Assembly: GCA_052387375.1 (NCBI GenBank) | Contig: JBQTJF010000142.1 | Location: 1 to 48,505 of the forward strand | Reading direction: 5' to 3' | Source: Betaproteobacteria bacterium | GTDB taxonomy: Bacteria; Pseudomonadota; Gammaproteobacteria; Burkholderiales; SG8-39 | DNA: 48,505 nt | Part shown: positions 22,293 to 32,634 of the stretch, piece after piece | Numbering within the stretch: position 1 is the first letter of the stretch | Layout of the letters: every line of letters begins with the position of its first letter | Translations under genes and position numbers: made by a program | Notes under the pieces: generated by a model | Seen by the model: only the letters and a program-made list of their open reading frames with translations | Told to the model about the DNA's origin: nothing | The model's database searches: none

Positions 22293-22582
22293 TTCTTCTT
22301 CCGGAACATCTCCAGCATGCGCTGGGTGACGAGGAAGCCGCCCGCGACGTTGACCGCGGCGAGCGCCACCGCGATGACGCCGAGCGCCGCGCCGAAATCG
22401 GTGTTGACCGGCGCCGCGGCGAGGATGGCGCCGACGATGATGACGCTGGAGATGGCGTTGGTGACGCTCATCAGCGGCGTATGCAGCGCCGGGGTGACGT
22501 TCCAGATGACGTGGTAGCCGACGAACACGGCGAGCACGAACACCACGAGATTGATGACGGTGGGATCGACGGTTCCGCTCAT
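22289..22582 (-). CDS. pntAB: NAD(P) transhydrogenase subunit alpha, part 2 (membrane)
   Basis: 97 aa with three hydrophobic helices. ATGA overlap with pntB. Confidence 0.9.
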   Translation of the reverse strand: MSGTVDPTVINLVVFVLAVFVGYHVIWNVTPALHTPLMSVTNAISSVIIVGAILAAAPVNTDFGAALGVIAVALAAVNVAGGFLVTQRMLEMFRKKK

Positions 22583-22583
22583 G

Positions 22584-23708
<1,125 letters not shown>

Positions 23709-23790
23709 GCGGTGTTGTTATCCGGGGCAAAAAAGAGGCCCGAATGATACAACGGCGCCGCCTAGGGCCTTGGCGGGCGGGGCGGGCGGC

Positions 23791-23822
23791 GATGAAATCC
23801 TCCCGATCGGGAGGATTTCATC
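23791..23822. terminator. Perfect 32-nt palindrome GATGAAATCCTCCCGATCGGGAGGATTTCATC (14-bp stem, GATC loop)
   Basis: Read directly from the sequence. It overlaps the TGA of the binding-protein/permease gene (23818-23820) and lies upstream of pntAA. No U-run follows on either strand, so a terminator role is inferred only. Confidence 0.5.
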
Positions 23823-25284
23823 GCTGCCGCGCTCGTGCCAGCCAGGCGAAGCGCCGCTCGCCGAGCTCGAAGGCGCCCTGCACGAGCAGCGCGAGCGCCG
23901 CGGCGGGCACCGCGCCGGCGAGCAGCCTGGCGTTGTCGTTGAGGGCGAGGCCGGCGGCGATGCGCTCGCCGTAGCCCCCGGCGCCGATGAACGCCGCGAT
24001 GGTCGCGGTGCCGACGTTGATGACCGCGGAGGTCTTGATGCCGGCAAGGATGGCGGGCGCGGCGAGCGGCAGCTCGATCCGGCGCAGGACCTGCGCCGGC
24101 GACAGCCCGATGGCCATGCCGGCCTGCACCAGGCCGCGGCCGGTCTGCAGGAGCGCGGCGTGGGTGTTGCGCACGATCGGCAGCAGCGCATAGAGGAACA
24201 GCGCGATCAGCGCCGGCACGGTGCCGATCGTGCCGACCAGCGCGATGAGGAAAGCGAACAGCGCCAGCGAGGGGACGGTCTGGATCACGCCGACCGCGCC
24301 GAGGATGAGCTGCGCCGCGCGCGGCAGCTTCGCCGCCGCCACGCCGAGCGGCACCGCGACGGCGATGCTCGCCGCGAGCGAAGCGCCCACCAGCACCAGG
24401 TGCTCGCGGGTCAGGCGCCAGAAGTCCGGGCCGAGGAGCGCGCCGAGGAAGGTGCGCCGCCCGCCCGGCGCGCCGGCGCCTTCGAACAGCGCCGCGGCCT
24501 CGGCGAAGCTGCGGCCCTCCAGCTCCGCCGCGGCGTTCATGCGCATCATCAGCCGCTCGTCGATGCGTCCTTCCAGGGCCCTGAGGCGCGCGAACGCCTC
24601 GGGATAGCGCGCCGGCGCATCGCGCCGGTAGAGCAGCACCGCGTCGTAGCGGGGAAAGAAGCCCTGGTCGTCCTCGAGCACGCGCAACCCGTAGCGCGCG
24701 ATCTTGGCGTCGGTCGTGTAGGCATCCATCACGTCGATCTTGCCGGCGCCGATCGCCTCATACGCGAGGCCGTGGTCGAGGCCCGCGGGCGTCGGCTGCG
24801 GCAGGCGGTACGCCGCCTTCAGCCCGGGCCAGCCGTCGGCCCGCCCGATGAACTCCTGCGACAGACCGAAGCGCAGGCCGGGATGGCGGCCAAGATCGGT
24901 GAGCGTGCGGATGCCGAGCGCCTGCGCGCGGTCTTCGCGCATCGCGAGCGCGTAGCCGTTGTTGAAGCCGAGCGGCACCCCGGCCGCCATGCCGAGCGGC
25001 GCGAGCGCGCGGTTCAGCTCTTCCAGTCCCGGCCGGCCTTCCAGCTTGAGGATCTCGCGCGCAATCGTGCCGGTGTACTCGGGGTAGAGATCGATCGAGC
25101 CGGCACGCAGCGCGGCGAAGACGATGCCGGTGCTGCCGAGGCCGGGCTGATGCCGCGCCGCCGCGGTGCGCGCCACCAGCTCGCCGAGGATGTAGGACTC
25201 GGTGAAGCGCTTCGACCCGACCGTCAGCGCTTCCGCCTGTGCGACGCCGGCCGCCGCCGCTGCGAGAAGCGCGAGCCAGCGCAC
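23818..25284 (-). CDS. Fused ABC-transporter substrate-binding protein (glycine betaine/choline OpuAC type) plus permease
   Basis: GTG 25284: VRWLALLAAAAAGVAQAEA (signal peptide). The binding-protein part follows (LTVGSKRFTESYILGEL...DLYPEYTGT...DAYTTDAKI), then a permease domain with LPIVRNT / EAA-loop-like GMAIGLSPAQVLRRIELPLA. No ATPase gene is adjacent. Confidence 0.85.
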   Translation of the reverse strand: MRWLALLAAAAAGVAQAEALTVGSKRFTESYILGELVARTAAARHQPGLGSTGIVFAALRAGSIDLYPEYTGTIAREILKLEGRPGLEELNRALAPLGMAAGVPLGFNNGYALAMREDRAQALGIRTLTDLGRHPGLRFGLSQEFIGRADGWPGLKAAYRLPQPTPAGLDHGLAYEAIGAGKIDVMDAYTTDAKIARYGLRVLEDDQGFFPRYDAVLLYRRDAPARYPEAFARLRALEGRIDERLMMRMNAAAELEGRSFAEAAALFEGAGAPGGRRTFLGALLGPDFWRLTREHLVLVGASLAASIAVAVPLGVAAAKLPRAAQLILGAVGVIQTVPSLALFAFLIALVGTIGTVPALIALFLYALLPIVRNTHAALLQTGRGLVQAGMAIGLSPAQVLRRIELPLAAPAILAGIKTSAVINVGTATIAAFIGAGGYGERIAAGLALNDNARLLAGAVPAAALALLVQGAFELGERRFAWLARARQR

Positions 25285-25291
25285 GCCGGTC

Positions 25292-26503
25292 CTATCGCCC
25301 GTAAAAGCGGTACTGGTTTCGCCCGAGCTGCTTCGCGCGGTACATGGCGGCGTCGGCGTTGCGCAGCAGCCCGTCGCCGTCGCCGGCGTCGGTCGGAAAG
25401 AGCGAGATGCCGATGCTCGCGCCCAGGGCGAGCGCGCGGCCCTCGACACGGAACTCCGCTGCCAGGCTGCGCAGCACCTTCTCCGCCACCAGCTTGCAGT
25501 CCGCCTCGGCCTGCACGTCGGACATGACGAGCACGAACTCGTCGCCGCCGTGGCGGGCGAGCGTGTCGGCCCGGCGCACGCACAGCGCCAGGCGCCGCGC
25601 CACCTCGCGCAGCACGGCGTCGCCGGCGCGGTGCCCGAGCGAGTCGTTCACCTGCTTGAACTCGTCGAGGTCGACCAGCATCACCGCGAGCTTGCGGTCG
25701 CGCCGCTGCGCGAGATGGATCGCCTGCGCCAGGCGATCGTCGAGCAGGCGGCGGTTGGGCAGGCCGGTCAGCGAGTCGTGGTAGGCGAGGAAGCGCACCG
25801 CCTCCTCGCGCGCCTTGCGCGCGCTGATGTCCTGCGAGACGCCGATCATGCGGACCACGCCGCCCGCGGCGTCGCTCATCGGCACGCCGCGCGCCGCCAC
25901 CCACACCGGCCTGCCGCCCGCGCCCGGCAGGCGGTACTCGATCTCGAACGGCTCGCCGCGCCCGATCGCCGCGCGCAGGGCGCCCTCGGCGTCCTCGGGC
26001 GGGAAGCTCGGCGTGCGGCCCCACTGCAGCCGGGCGCCGCCGGCGTCCCACTCCCAGTAATGCAGGTCGGCGGCCTCCACGGCGAGGCGCAGCTTCTCGA
26101 TGGTCTCGTGCAGCGCCGCCGCGGCGCGCTTGCGCTCCGTGATGTCGCGCGCGGTGCCGGCGGCCCCCAGCACGCGCCCGTGCGCGTCGCGCAGGGCGAC
26201 GGCGTTGAAGGACAGGTCGACCGGCGCGCCGTCGCTGCGCACGTGGCGCGTCTCGTGGTCGAACAGCGCCTCGCCGGCGAGCACGCGGCTGAACACCGCG
26301 TAGTCGCGCTCGCGCAGCTCGCGCGCCACCACGTCGGTGAAGGGCCGGCCGATGAGGTCCGCCGCCGCGCGCCCGTAGATGCGCTGGGCGGCGAGGCCGT
26401 TGAGCGACGCCCAGCGGCCTTGCCGGTCGAGGGACCAGATGAGTTCGCCCGAGGTTTCCAGCACGGTGCGGTAGAGGCGGAGCTCGTCGCCGGCGCCGCT
26501 CAA
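25292..26503 (-). CDS. PAS-PAS-GGDEF diguanylate cyclase
   Basis: Two PAS modules, each ending in DIT/SxRK (ARDITERKRA; SQDISARKAR). GGDEF domain with intact RHGGDEF and an RxxD I-site (RRAD) five residues upstream. The only plausible start is TTG 26503, which overlaps the upstream TGA as TTGA. Confidence 0.88.
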   Translation of the reverse strand: MSGAGDELRLYRTVLETSGELIWSLDRQGRWASLNGLAAQRIYGRAAADLIGRPFTDVVARELRERDYAVFSRVLAGEALFDHETRHVRSDGAPVDLSFNAVALRDAHGRVLGAAGTARDITERKRAAAALHETIEKLRLAVEAADLHYWEWDAGGARLQWGRTPSFPPEDAEGALRAAIGRGEPFEIEYRLPGAGGRPVWVAARGVPMSDAAGGVVRMIGVSQDISARKAREEAVRFLAYHDSLTGLPNRRLLDDRLAQAIHLAQRRDRKLAVMLVDLDEFKQVNDSLGHRAGDAVLREVARRLALCVRRADTLARHGGDEFVLVMSDVQAEADCKLVAEKVLRSLAAEFRVEGRALALGASIGISLFPTDAGDGDGLLRNADAAMYRAKQLGRNQYRFYGR

Positions 26504-28563
26504 GCGGCCTTCTCGACTTCGACCAGGCAGTCGTAGAAGGTCGCCGCGCCGCCGAGGTCGGCGATGCGCTGCGAAGTCACGTCGTTGGCGTTGCGCCGGT
26601 CGGCGGCAAACTTCTTCCACCACACCGAGAGCGCGACCACCACGCCGCGCCGCGGCTTGCCGTTGACGCGCGCCACGGCGCCGAACGAGCCGCGGTCGTT
26701 GAACACGCGCACCCGGTCGCCGTCGCGGATGCCGCGCGCCGCGGCGTCCTGCGCGTGCAGCTCGAGCTCCGGCGGCTTGTCGCCGTCGCGGAAGCGCGGC
26801 AGGTTGGCGAAGCTCGAATTGAGGAAGTTGCGCCGCGGCGGCGAGAGAAAGCTGAGCGGGTAGCGCCGCGCCAGCGCGGGATTGCTCGAAGCGAGCTCGG
26901 CGGGCGGGTTGTAGAAGGGCAGCGGGTCGACGCCCTGCGTCTCGAGGGCCTCGCTGTACAGCTCGCATTTGCCCGAGGGCGTGGCGAAGCCGCCGTGCGC
27001 GAAGGGCGCGAACGTCTGCGGCACGGCGAGCCGCATCCAGCCTTGCGCGCGCAGCCGGTCCCAGTCGATGCCCGCAAGATTGGGGTGCCCGGAGGCCAGC
27101 GCCTGCCGCGCCACGGCTTCGTCGCTATCGGCGAAGCAGGCGTCGTCGAAGCCCATGCGCGCGGCAAGCCGCCGGAAGACCTCGATGTTGGGCAGCGATT
27201 CGCCCAGCGGCGCGATCGCCGGATTGTTCGCCAGCACGTACAGGTGGCCGTAGGACTTGTGCACGTCCATGTGCTCGAGCTGCGTGGTGGAGGGCAGCAC
27301 GATGTCGGCGTAGTCGGCCGTGTCGGTGAGGAACGAGTCCATCACCACGGTGAACAGGTCCTCGCGGGAGAACCCGGCGATCACCTTGCTCGAATCCGGG
27401 CACACCGCCACCGGGTTGTTGTTGTACACGATGGTGGCCTTGACCGCCGGCGAGGCGGCGGTAAGCGCGTCGCCGAGCGCCGCCTGGTTGATGACCCGCG
27501 GCCGCTTGCCCGCCGGGATCAGGTCGGGGCGCTCGAGGGCGGCGTGATCGAAGCCGTAGAAGTCCGCGGTGGTCAGCACGATGCCGCCCGCCGGGTGCCG
27601 CCAGGCGCCGGTCAGGGCCGGCAGGCAGGCGATGGTGCGCGCCGCCATGCCGCCGCCGGCATGGCGCTGCATGCCGTAGTTGAGGCGGATGCCGGCGGGC
27701 TTGATGCGCCCGTAGTCGCGCCCGAGCTGGACCACCTCGTCGGCGCCGATGCCGCAGATCGCGGCGACGCGCTCGGGCGCGTACTCGGCGAGCACGCGCT
27801 TCCTCAGCGCCTCGAACCCGACGGTGTACTTGTCGAGGTATTCGCCGTCGAGCAGATCCTCCGCGATCAGCACGTGCATCATGCCCAGCGCCAGCGCCGC
27901 GTCGGTGCCCGGGAAGGGCGCGATGTGCTGGTGGCACTTCTCCGCGGTGAGGCTCCGATAGGGATCGATGGCGACGAGCTTCGCGCCGCGGCGCTTCGCC
28001 TCCTGGGCGCGCGACCAGAAATGCAGGTTGGAGACGATCGGGTTGGAGCCCCAGATGATGATCAGGCGCGAATCGACGAACTGCTCGGGGTCCATGCCGT
28101 AGTTCCCGCCCAGCGTCGCCTTGAGCCCGGCCTTGCCTGCCGAGGAGCACAGCGTGCGGTCGAGGAGCGAAGCCCCGAGGCGGTGGAAGAAGCGCCGGTC
28201 GATGGAGCTGTATTGCAGCATGCCCATCGTGCCGGCATAGCTGCAGGGCAGGATCATCTGCGGGTCCTGCGCGGCGATCGCCTTCAGGCGCGCCGCGATC
28301 TCGTCGAGCGCCTCGTCCCAGGTAATGCGGCGAAAGCGGCCCTCGCCCTTCCTGCCGGTGCGCTTGAGCGGGTACAGCACGCGCTCGGGCGAGTAGGTGC
28401 GCTCGAGATAGTGCGCCACCTTGGTGCAGAGCGTGCCCTCGGTGAACGGCATCGACGGGTCGCCCTGGATCTTCACGGCGACGCCGTCCTCGACGGTGAC
28501 CAGCATGCCGCAGGTATCGGGGCAATCGTGCGGGCAGGCGGCGCGCACTACCTGGGTCCTCAT
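26500..28563 (-). CDS. Cytoplasmic molybdopterin (bis-MGD) oxidoreductase family protein, substrate unknown
   Basis: 687 aa. N-terminal 4Fe-4S motif CPHDCPDTC...LCTK, MopB-type body and a C-terminal barrel domain (IRDGDRVRVFNDRGS). No Tat signal peptide. Confidence 0.88.
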   Translation of the reverse strand: MRTQVVRAACPHDCPDTCGMLVTVEDGVAVKIQGDPSMPFTEGTLCTKVAHYLERTYSPERVLYPLKRTGRKGEGRFRRITWDEALDEIAARLKAIAAQDPQMILPCSYAGTMGMLQYSSIDRRFFHRLGASLLDRTLCSSAGKAGLKATLGGNYGMDPEQFVDSRLIIIWGSNPIVSNLHFWSRAQEAKRRGAKLVAIDPYRSLTAEKCHQHIAPFPGTDAALALGMMHVLIAEDLLDGEYLDKYTVGFEALRKRVLAEYAPERVAAICGIGADEVVQLGRDYGRIKPAGIRLNYGMQRHAGGGMAARTIACLPALTGAWRHPAGGIVLTTADFYGFDHAALERPDLIPAGKRPRVINQAALGDALTAASPAVKATIVYNNNPVAVCPDSSKVIAGFSREDLFTVVMDSFLTDTADYADIVLPSTTQLEHMDVHKSYGHLYVLANNPAIAPLGESLPNIEVFRRLAARMGFDDACFADSDEAVARQALASGHPNLAGIDWDRLRAQGWMRLAVPQTFAPFAHGGFATPSGKCELYSEALETQGVDPLPFYNPPAELASSNPALARRYPLSFLSPPRRNFLNSSFANLPRFRDGDKPPELELHAQDAAARGIRDGDRVRVFNDRGSFGAVARVNGKPRRGVVVALSVWWKKFAADRRNANDVTSQRIADLGGAATFYDCLVEVEKAA

Positions 28564-29762
28564 GGGGACATTTTACGCTGCAGGGCGTCCTCCACCACCT
28601 CGACCCAGTGCACGACCGGCGTCGCCGTACCCGCCTGCAGGTGAGCGAGGCAGCCGATGTTCGCCGTGGCGATGCGCTCCGGCGCGCCTTGCTGCAACGC
28701 ATGGAGCTTGCGCCGCCGCAGCTCGCCCGAGAGCTCGGGCTGCAGGATCGAGTAGGTGCCGGCCGACCCGCAACACAGGTGCGCGTCGTCCACCGGCGTG
28801 AGCTCGAATCCGACGCGCGCCAGCAGCGCTTCCACCTTGCCGCGGACCTGCTGACCGTGCTGCAGGGTGCAGGGCGACTGAAACGCCAGCGGGCCCATGT
28901 TGCCGAGTTGTGGCAGCGCCGCCGGGTCGACCACTTCGCACAAGTCGCGCGTGAGCGCGGCGATGCGCGCCGCCTTGTCGCGATACCGCTCGTCCGCCTG
29001 CAGGTAGTGCGCGTACTCCCGCACCGTCGCGCCGCAGCCGCTTGCCGTCATAACGATCGCCTCGACCGATCCGCTCTCGACGAGCGGCCACCAGGCGTCG
29101 ATGAGAGCGCGCATGTCGTCGCGGCCGGCATCTTGGCGGTTCAGGTGGAAGCGCAGCGCGCCGCAGCAACCCGCGCCGGGCGCCTCGACGAGCGAGATGC
29201 CGATGCGGTCGAGCACGCGCGCCGCCGCGGCGTTGATCGACGGCGCCAGCGCCGGCTGCACGCAGCCCGCGAGCGCGAGCATCTTGCGCGGGTGGCGCGC
29301 AGCCGGCCACTCGCCCGGCGGTCGTTTTTCAAGGACGTTGCGTTTCAACAGCCGCGCCAGGCCAAGCGCCGCGGCGAAGAGGCGCGTGCGCGGCAGGAAG
29401 AACGAGAGGCAGGCGCGCTTCGCACGATCCCATGGATTGCGGGGCGCGCGCGCCTCGACTACCGCGCGGCCTATGTCGACGAGCCGGCCGTAGCGCACGC
29501 CGGACGGGCAGGTGCTCTCGCAGGCGCGGCAGGTCAGGCAGCGGTCGAGGTGCAGGCGCGTCCTGCCGCTCACCGGGGCGCCCTCGAGCGCGCGCTTCAT
29601 CAGATAGATGCGCCCGCGCGGGCTGTCGAGATCGTCGCCGAGCACCTGATAGGTCGGGCAGGTCGCCGTGCAGAAGCCGCAGTGCACGCACTTGCGCAGG
29701 ATGGCCTCGGCCTCGCGGCCTGCGGCGCTGTCGCGGATGAAATCGGCGAGCGCGGTCTGCAC
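28560..29762 (-). CDS. glcF: Glycolate oxidase iron-sulfur subunit
   Basis: VQTALADF...CVHCGFCTATCPTY and CLTCRACESTCPSGV ferredoxin motifs plus two CCG domains (CCGA, CCGSAG). GTG 29762 aligns with E. coli GlcF Met1 (MQT). The upstream part of track ORF 28560..29924 is not needed. Confidence 0.92.
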   Translation of the reverse strand: MQTALADFIRDSAAGREAEAILRKCVHCGFCTATCPTYQVLGDDLDSPRGRIYLMKRALEGAPVSGRTRLHLDRCLTCRACESTCPSGVRYGRLVDIGRAVVEARAPRNPWDRAKRACLSFFLPRTRLFAAALGLARLLKRNVLEKRPPGEWPAARHPRKMLALAGCVQPALAPSINAAAARVLDRIGISLVEAPGAGCCGALRFHLNRQDAGRDDMRALIDAWWPLVESGSVEAIVMTASGCGATVREYAHYLQADERYRDKAARIAALTRDLCEVVDPAALPQLGNMGPLAFQSPCTLQHGQQVRGKVEALLARVGFELTPVDDAHLCCGSAGTYSILQPELSGELRRRKLHALQQGAPERIATANIGCLAHLQAGTATPVVHWVEVVEDALQRKMSP

Positions 29763-29780
29763 GGCGGCTATACTTTTCCC

Positions 29781-30149
29781 ATGCAGACGACGGCGTGGCT
29801 CATCCTCGTCGCCATCATCGCCGTGCTCGGCTTCGGGGTCTGGCTCGCGCGCAAGCGCTGGATCGAGCGCGGCCGCGCCGCCAGCGCGCGGGAGGCGCAG
29901 TTCATGTCCGGCTTCGCCCCGCAAGCGCCAAGCCCCTCACCGGCCTTGCCGGCGCGCAAGGACGCCGGCACGCTGCCGCAGCAGAAACTGCTCTTCGAGG
30001 CGGCGCTGAAGGCCGCCGAGGCAGGCGAGCCGGTCCTGTCCATCCAGCTGTATGCGCGGCTGCTCGCGCGATACCCCGACACCGGCTTCGCCAGCCAGGT
30101 GCGCGCTGCGGTGGCAGTGCAGAAGAAGAAGCTCGCCGCCAAGGCCTAG
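29781..30149 (+). CDS. Small N-terminally membrane-anchored protein (122 aa), helical C-terminal part
   Basis: MQTTAWLILVAIIAVLGFGVWLARKRW... then a proline-rich linker and LLFEAALKAAEAGEPVLSIQLYARLLARYPDTGFASQVRAAV (TPR/YfgM-like helix pair). Third-position GC is very high in this frame. The antisense ORF 29768..30142 has an implausible Ser/Cys/Ala-rich composition. Confidence 0.65.
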   Translation: MQTTAWLILVAIIAVLGFGVWLARKRWIERGRAASAREAQFMSGFAPQAPSPSPALPARKDAGTLPQQKLLFEAALKAAEAGEPVLSIQLYARLLARYPDTGFASQVRAAVAVQKKKLAAKA

Positions 30150-31177
30150 AGCTCCGCGAACATCCGGCCGGGGTTGAGGATGCCGGCGGGATCGAAGATC
30201 GCTTTCAGGCCGCGATGCAGGCGCGCCGCCGCGGGCGCGAGAGGCGCGAAGGCGCCCGCGCTCTTGTCCCTCGCGCGGAAGAGCGTGGCGTGGCCGCCGG
30301 CGCGCTGCGCGGCGGCGCGCACGTCTTCGCTCGCACCGGTGAGCCAACGCAGCGCCCCACCCCATTCGAGCAACTGCGCGCCCGGCAAAGCGAGCGGCGG
30401 GGCCACGGGCGGCACGGCGAGGCGCCACAGCGGTTCGGCCGAGAAAAAGGGATGCGTGTGCTCGCGGATGGCAGTCCACGGCGGATTCTCGAGGGGCTCA
30501 CCGCCGATCTCGCCGGCGGCGGCGCGCACCGCCGGCTCGGCGCCGGAAAGCCGCACCAGCAGCTCGCCGTCGTGCCAGGCGCTCGCCGAGAGCGGCAGCG
30601 GCTGGGCCGCCCAGCGCAGCATGGCCTCGAGCGCGCGCTCCTGCGCCATCTCCAGCCGCAGCGTCAGCTCGGCCGGCGCGCGCGGCAGCACCTTGAGCGA
30701 GGCTTCGGCGATGAGGCCGAGGGTACCGAGCGAGCCGGCGAGCAGCCGCGACACGTCGTAGCCGGCGACGTTCTTCATCACCCGGCCGCCGAAGCTCAGC
30801 ACGCGCCCGCGGCCGTCGATGACGCGGGCGCCGAGCACGAAGTCGCGCAGCGCGCCGGCGCTGGCGCGGCGCGGCCCCGACAGGCCCGCCGCAATGCAGC
30901 CGCCGAGCGTCGCCTCCGGGCCGAAGTGCGGCGGCTCGAAGGGCAGGCACTGTCGATTCTTTTCCAGAATGGATTCCACCTCGGAAAGCGGCGTTCCGCA
31001 GCGCGCCGTGATTACCAGCTCGGTCGGCTCGTAGCTGACGACGCCGGCGCAGCCGCGCGTATCGAGGACCTCGCCGCGCGGCGCGTTGCCGTAGAAGTCC
31101 TTGGTCCCGCCGCCGCGCAGGCGCAGCGGGCGGCCGCGCGCCGCGGCATCGCGGATGGCCTCGGCGAGGCGCTCCAT
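30146..31177 (-). CDS. glcE: Glycolate oxidase FAD-binding subunit
   Basis: 343 aa from ATG 31177 (MERLAEAIRDAAARGRPLRLRGGGTKDFYG...VMKNVAGYD...ILNPGRM). ATGA overlap with the glcD stop. Confidence 0.9.
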   Translation of the reverse strand: MERLAEAIRDAAARGRPLRLRGGGTKDFYGNAPRGEVLDTRGCAGVVSYEPTELVITARCGTPLSEVESILEKNRQCLPFEPPHFGPEATLGGCIAAGLSGPRRASAGALRDFVLGARVIDGRGRVLSFGGRVMKNVAGYDVSRLLAGSLGTLGLIAEASLKVLPRAPAELTLRLEMAQERALEAMLRWAAQPLPLSASAWHDGELLVRLSGAEPAVRAAAGEIGGEPLENPPWTAIREHTHPFFSAEPLWRLAVPPVAPPLALPGAQLLEWGGALRWLTGASEDVRAAAQRAGGHATLFRARDKSAGAFAPLAPAAARLHRGLKAIFDPAGILNPGRMFAEL

Positions 31178-32634
31178 CAGAAGCGCGGCAGCTCGGGATG
31201 CGGCAGCTCGCCGCCGTGCACGCGCATGCGTCCATATTCGGCGCAGCGCGCCAGGGTCGGCACCGCCTTGCCCGGGTTGAGCAGGCCGCGCGGGTCGAAG
31301 ACCCGCTTGATCGAGTGGAACACGTCCAGCTCGTCGGGCCGGAACTGCACGCACATCTGGTTGATCTTCTCCACGCCGACACCGTGCTCGCCGGTGATGG
31401 TGCCGCCGACCTCGACGCACTTCTCCAGCACCTCGGCGGCGAAGAGCTCCGTGCGGTGCAGCTGCTCGGCATCGTTCGCGTCGAACAGGATCAGCGGGTG
31501 CAGGTTGCCGTCTCCGGCGTGGAACACGTTCGGGCAGCGCAGCCCGTATTTCTTCTCCATCTCGGCGATGAAGCGCAGCACCTCGCCGAGGCGCTTGCGC
31601 GGGATGGTGCCGTCCATGCAGTAGTCGTCGGGCGAGATGCGCCCGACCGCCGGGAACGCGGCCTTGCGGCCGGACCAGAAGCGCAGGCGCTCGACCTCGT
31701 CGCGCGAGACGGTCATGCGCGTCGCGCCGGCCTGGGAAAGGACCGCCTTCATGCGCGCAATCTCGTCCTCCACCTCCTCGGGCGTGCCGTCGGACTCGCA
31801 CAGCAGGATGGCGGCGGCGTCCAGGTCGTAGCCGGCGCCGACGAACTGCTCCACGGCGTGCGTCGCCGGCCGGTCCATCATTTCCAGGCCGGCGGGGATG
31901 ATGCCCGCCGCGATCACGGCTGCGACCGCGTGCCCGGCCTTCTCCACGTCGTCGAAGGAGGCCATGATCACGCGCGCGCACTGCGGCAGCGGCAGGAGCT
32001 TCACCGTCACCTCGGTGACGATCATCAGCATGCCCTCGGACCCGATCGCGAGCGCGAGCAGGTCGTATCCCGGGGCCTCCGGCGCCTCGGCGCCGAGCTC
32101 GATCGGCTCTCCCTCGATCGTGTAGCCGCGCAGGCGCAGCACGTTGTGCAGGGTGAGGCCGTACTTGAGGCAGTGCACGCCGCCGGAATTCTCGGCGACG
32201 TTGCCGCCGATGGTGCAGGCGATCTGGCTGGACGGATCCGGGGCATAGAACAGTCCGAACGGCGCCGCCGCCTCCGAGATCGCCGCGTTGCGCACGCCCG
32301 GCTGCACGCTCGCCGTGCGCGCGCGCGGATCCACGCGCAGCACGCGCATGAACTTGGCCATGGAAAGGAGCACGCCGTCGCCGGGCGGCAGCGCGCCGCC
32401 GGAAAGGCCCGTTCCCGCGCCGCGCGGTACCACGGGAATCCTCAGGGAAAAACAGATCTCGAGCACGCGCCGCACCTGCTCTTCGGTCTCGGGCAGCGCC
32501 ACGACCATGGGCAGCTGCCGGTAGGCGGTGAGGCCGTCGCACTCGTAAGGGCGGGTGTCCTCTTCCTCGTGCAGCACGGCGCGCGCGGGGAGGAAGGCGC
32601 GCAGCGCGTTCACGACAGATAGGCGCGAGCCCAC
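31177..32634 (-). CDS. glcD: Glycolate oxidase subunit GlcD (FAD-linked oxidase)
   Basis: PYECDGLTAYRQLP...VVPRGAGTGLSGGALP...GEHGVG..K. An alternative GTG at 32613 would give a GTGA overlap with the hyi stop. Confidence 0.93.
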   Translation of the reverse strand: MGSRLSVVNALRAFLPARAVLHEEEDTRPYECDGLTAYRQLPMVVALPETEEQVRRVLEICFSLRIPVVPRGAGTGLSGGALPPGDGVLLSMAKFMRVLRVDPRARTASVQPGVRNAAISEAAAPFGLFYAPDPSSQIACTIGGNVAENSGGVHCLKYGLTLHNVLRLRGYTIEGEPIELGAEAPEAPGYDLLALAIGSEGMLMIVTEVTVKLLPLPQCARVIMASFDDVEKAGHAVAAVIAAGIIPAGLEMMDRPATHAVEQFVGAGYDLDAAAILLCESDGTPEEVEDEIARMKAVLSQAGATRMTVSRDEVERLRFWSGRKAAFPAVGRISPDDYCMDGTIPRKRLGEVLRFIAEMEKKYGLRCPNVFHAGDGNLHPLILFDANDAEQLHRTELFAAEVLEKCVEVGGTITGEHGVGVEKINQMCVQFRPDELDVFHSIKRVFDPRGLLNPGKAVPTLARCAEYGRMRVHGGELPHPELPRF

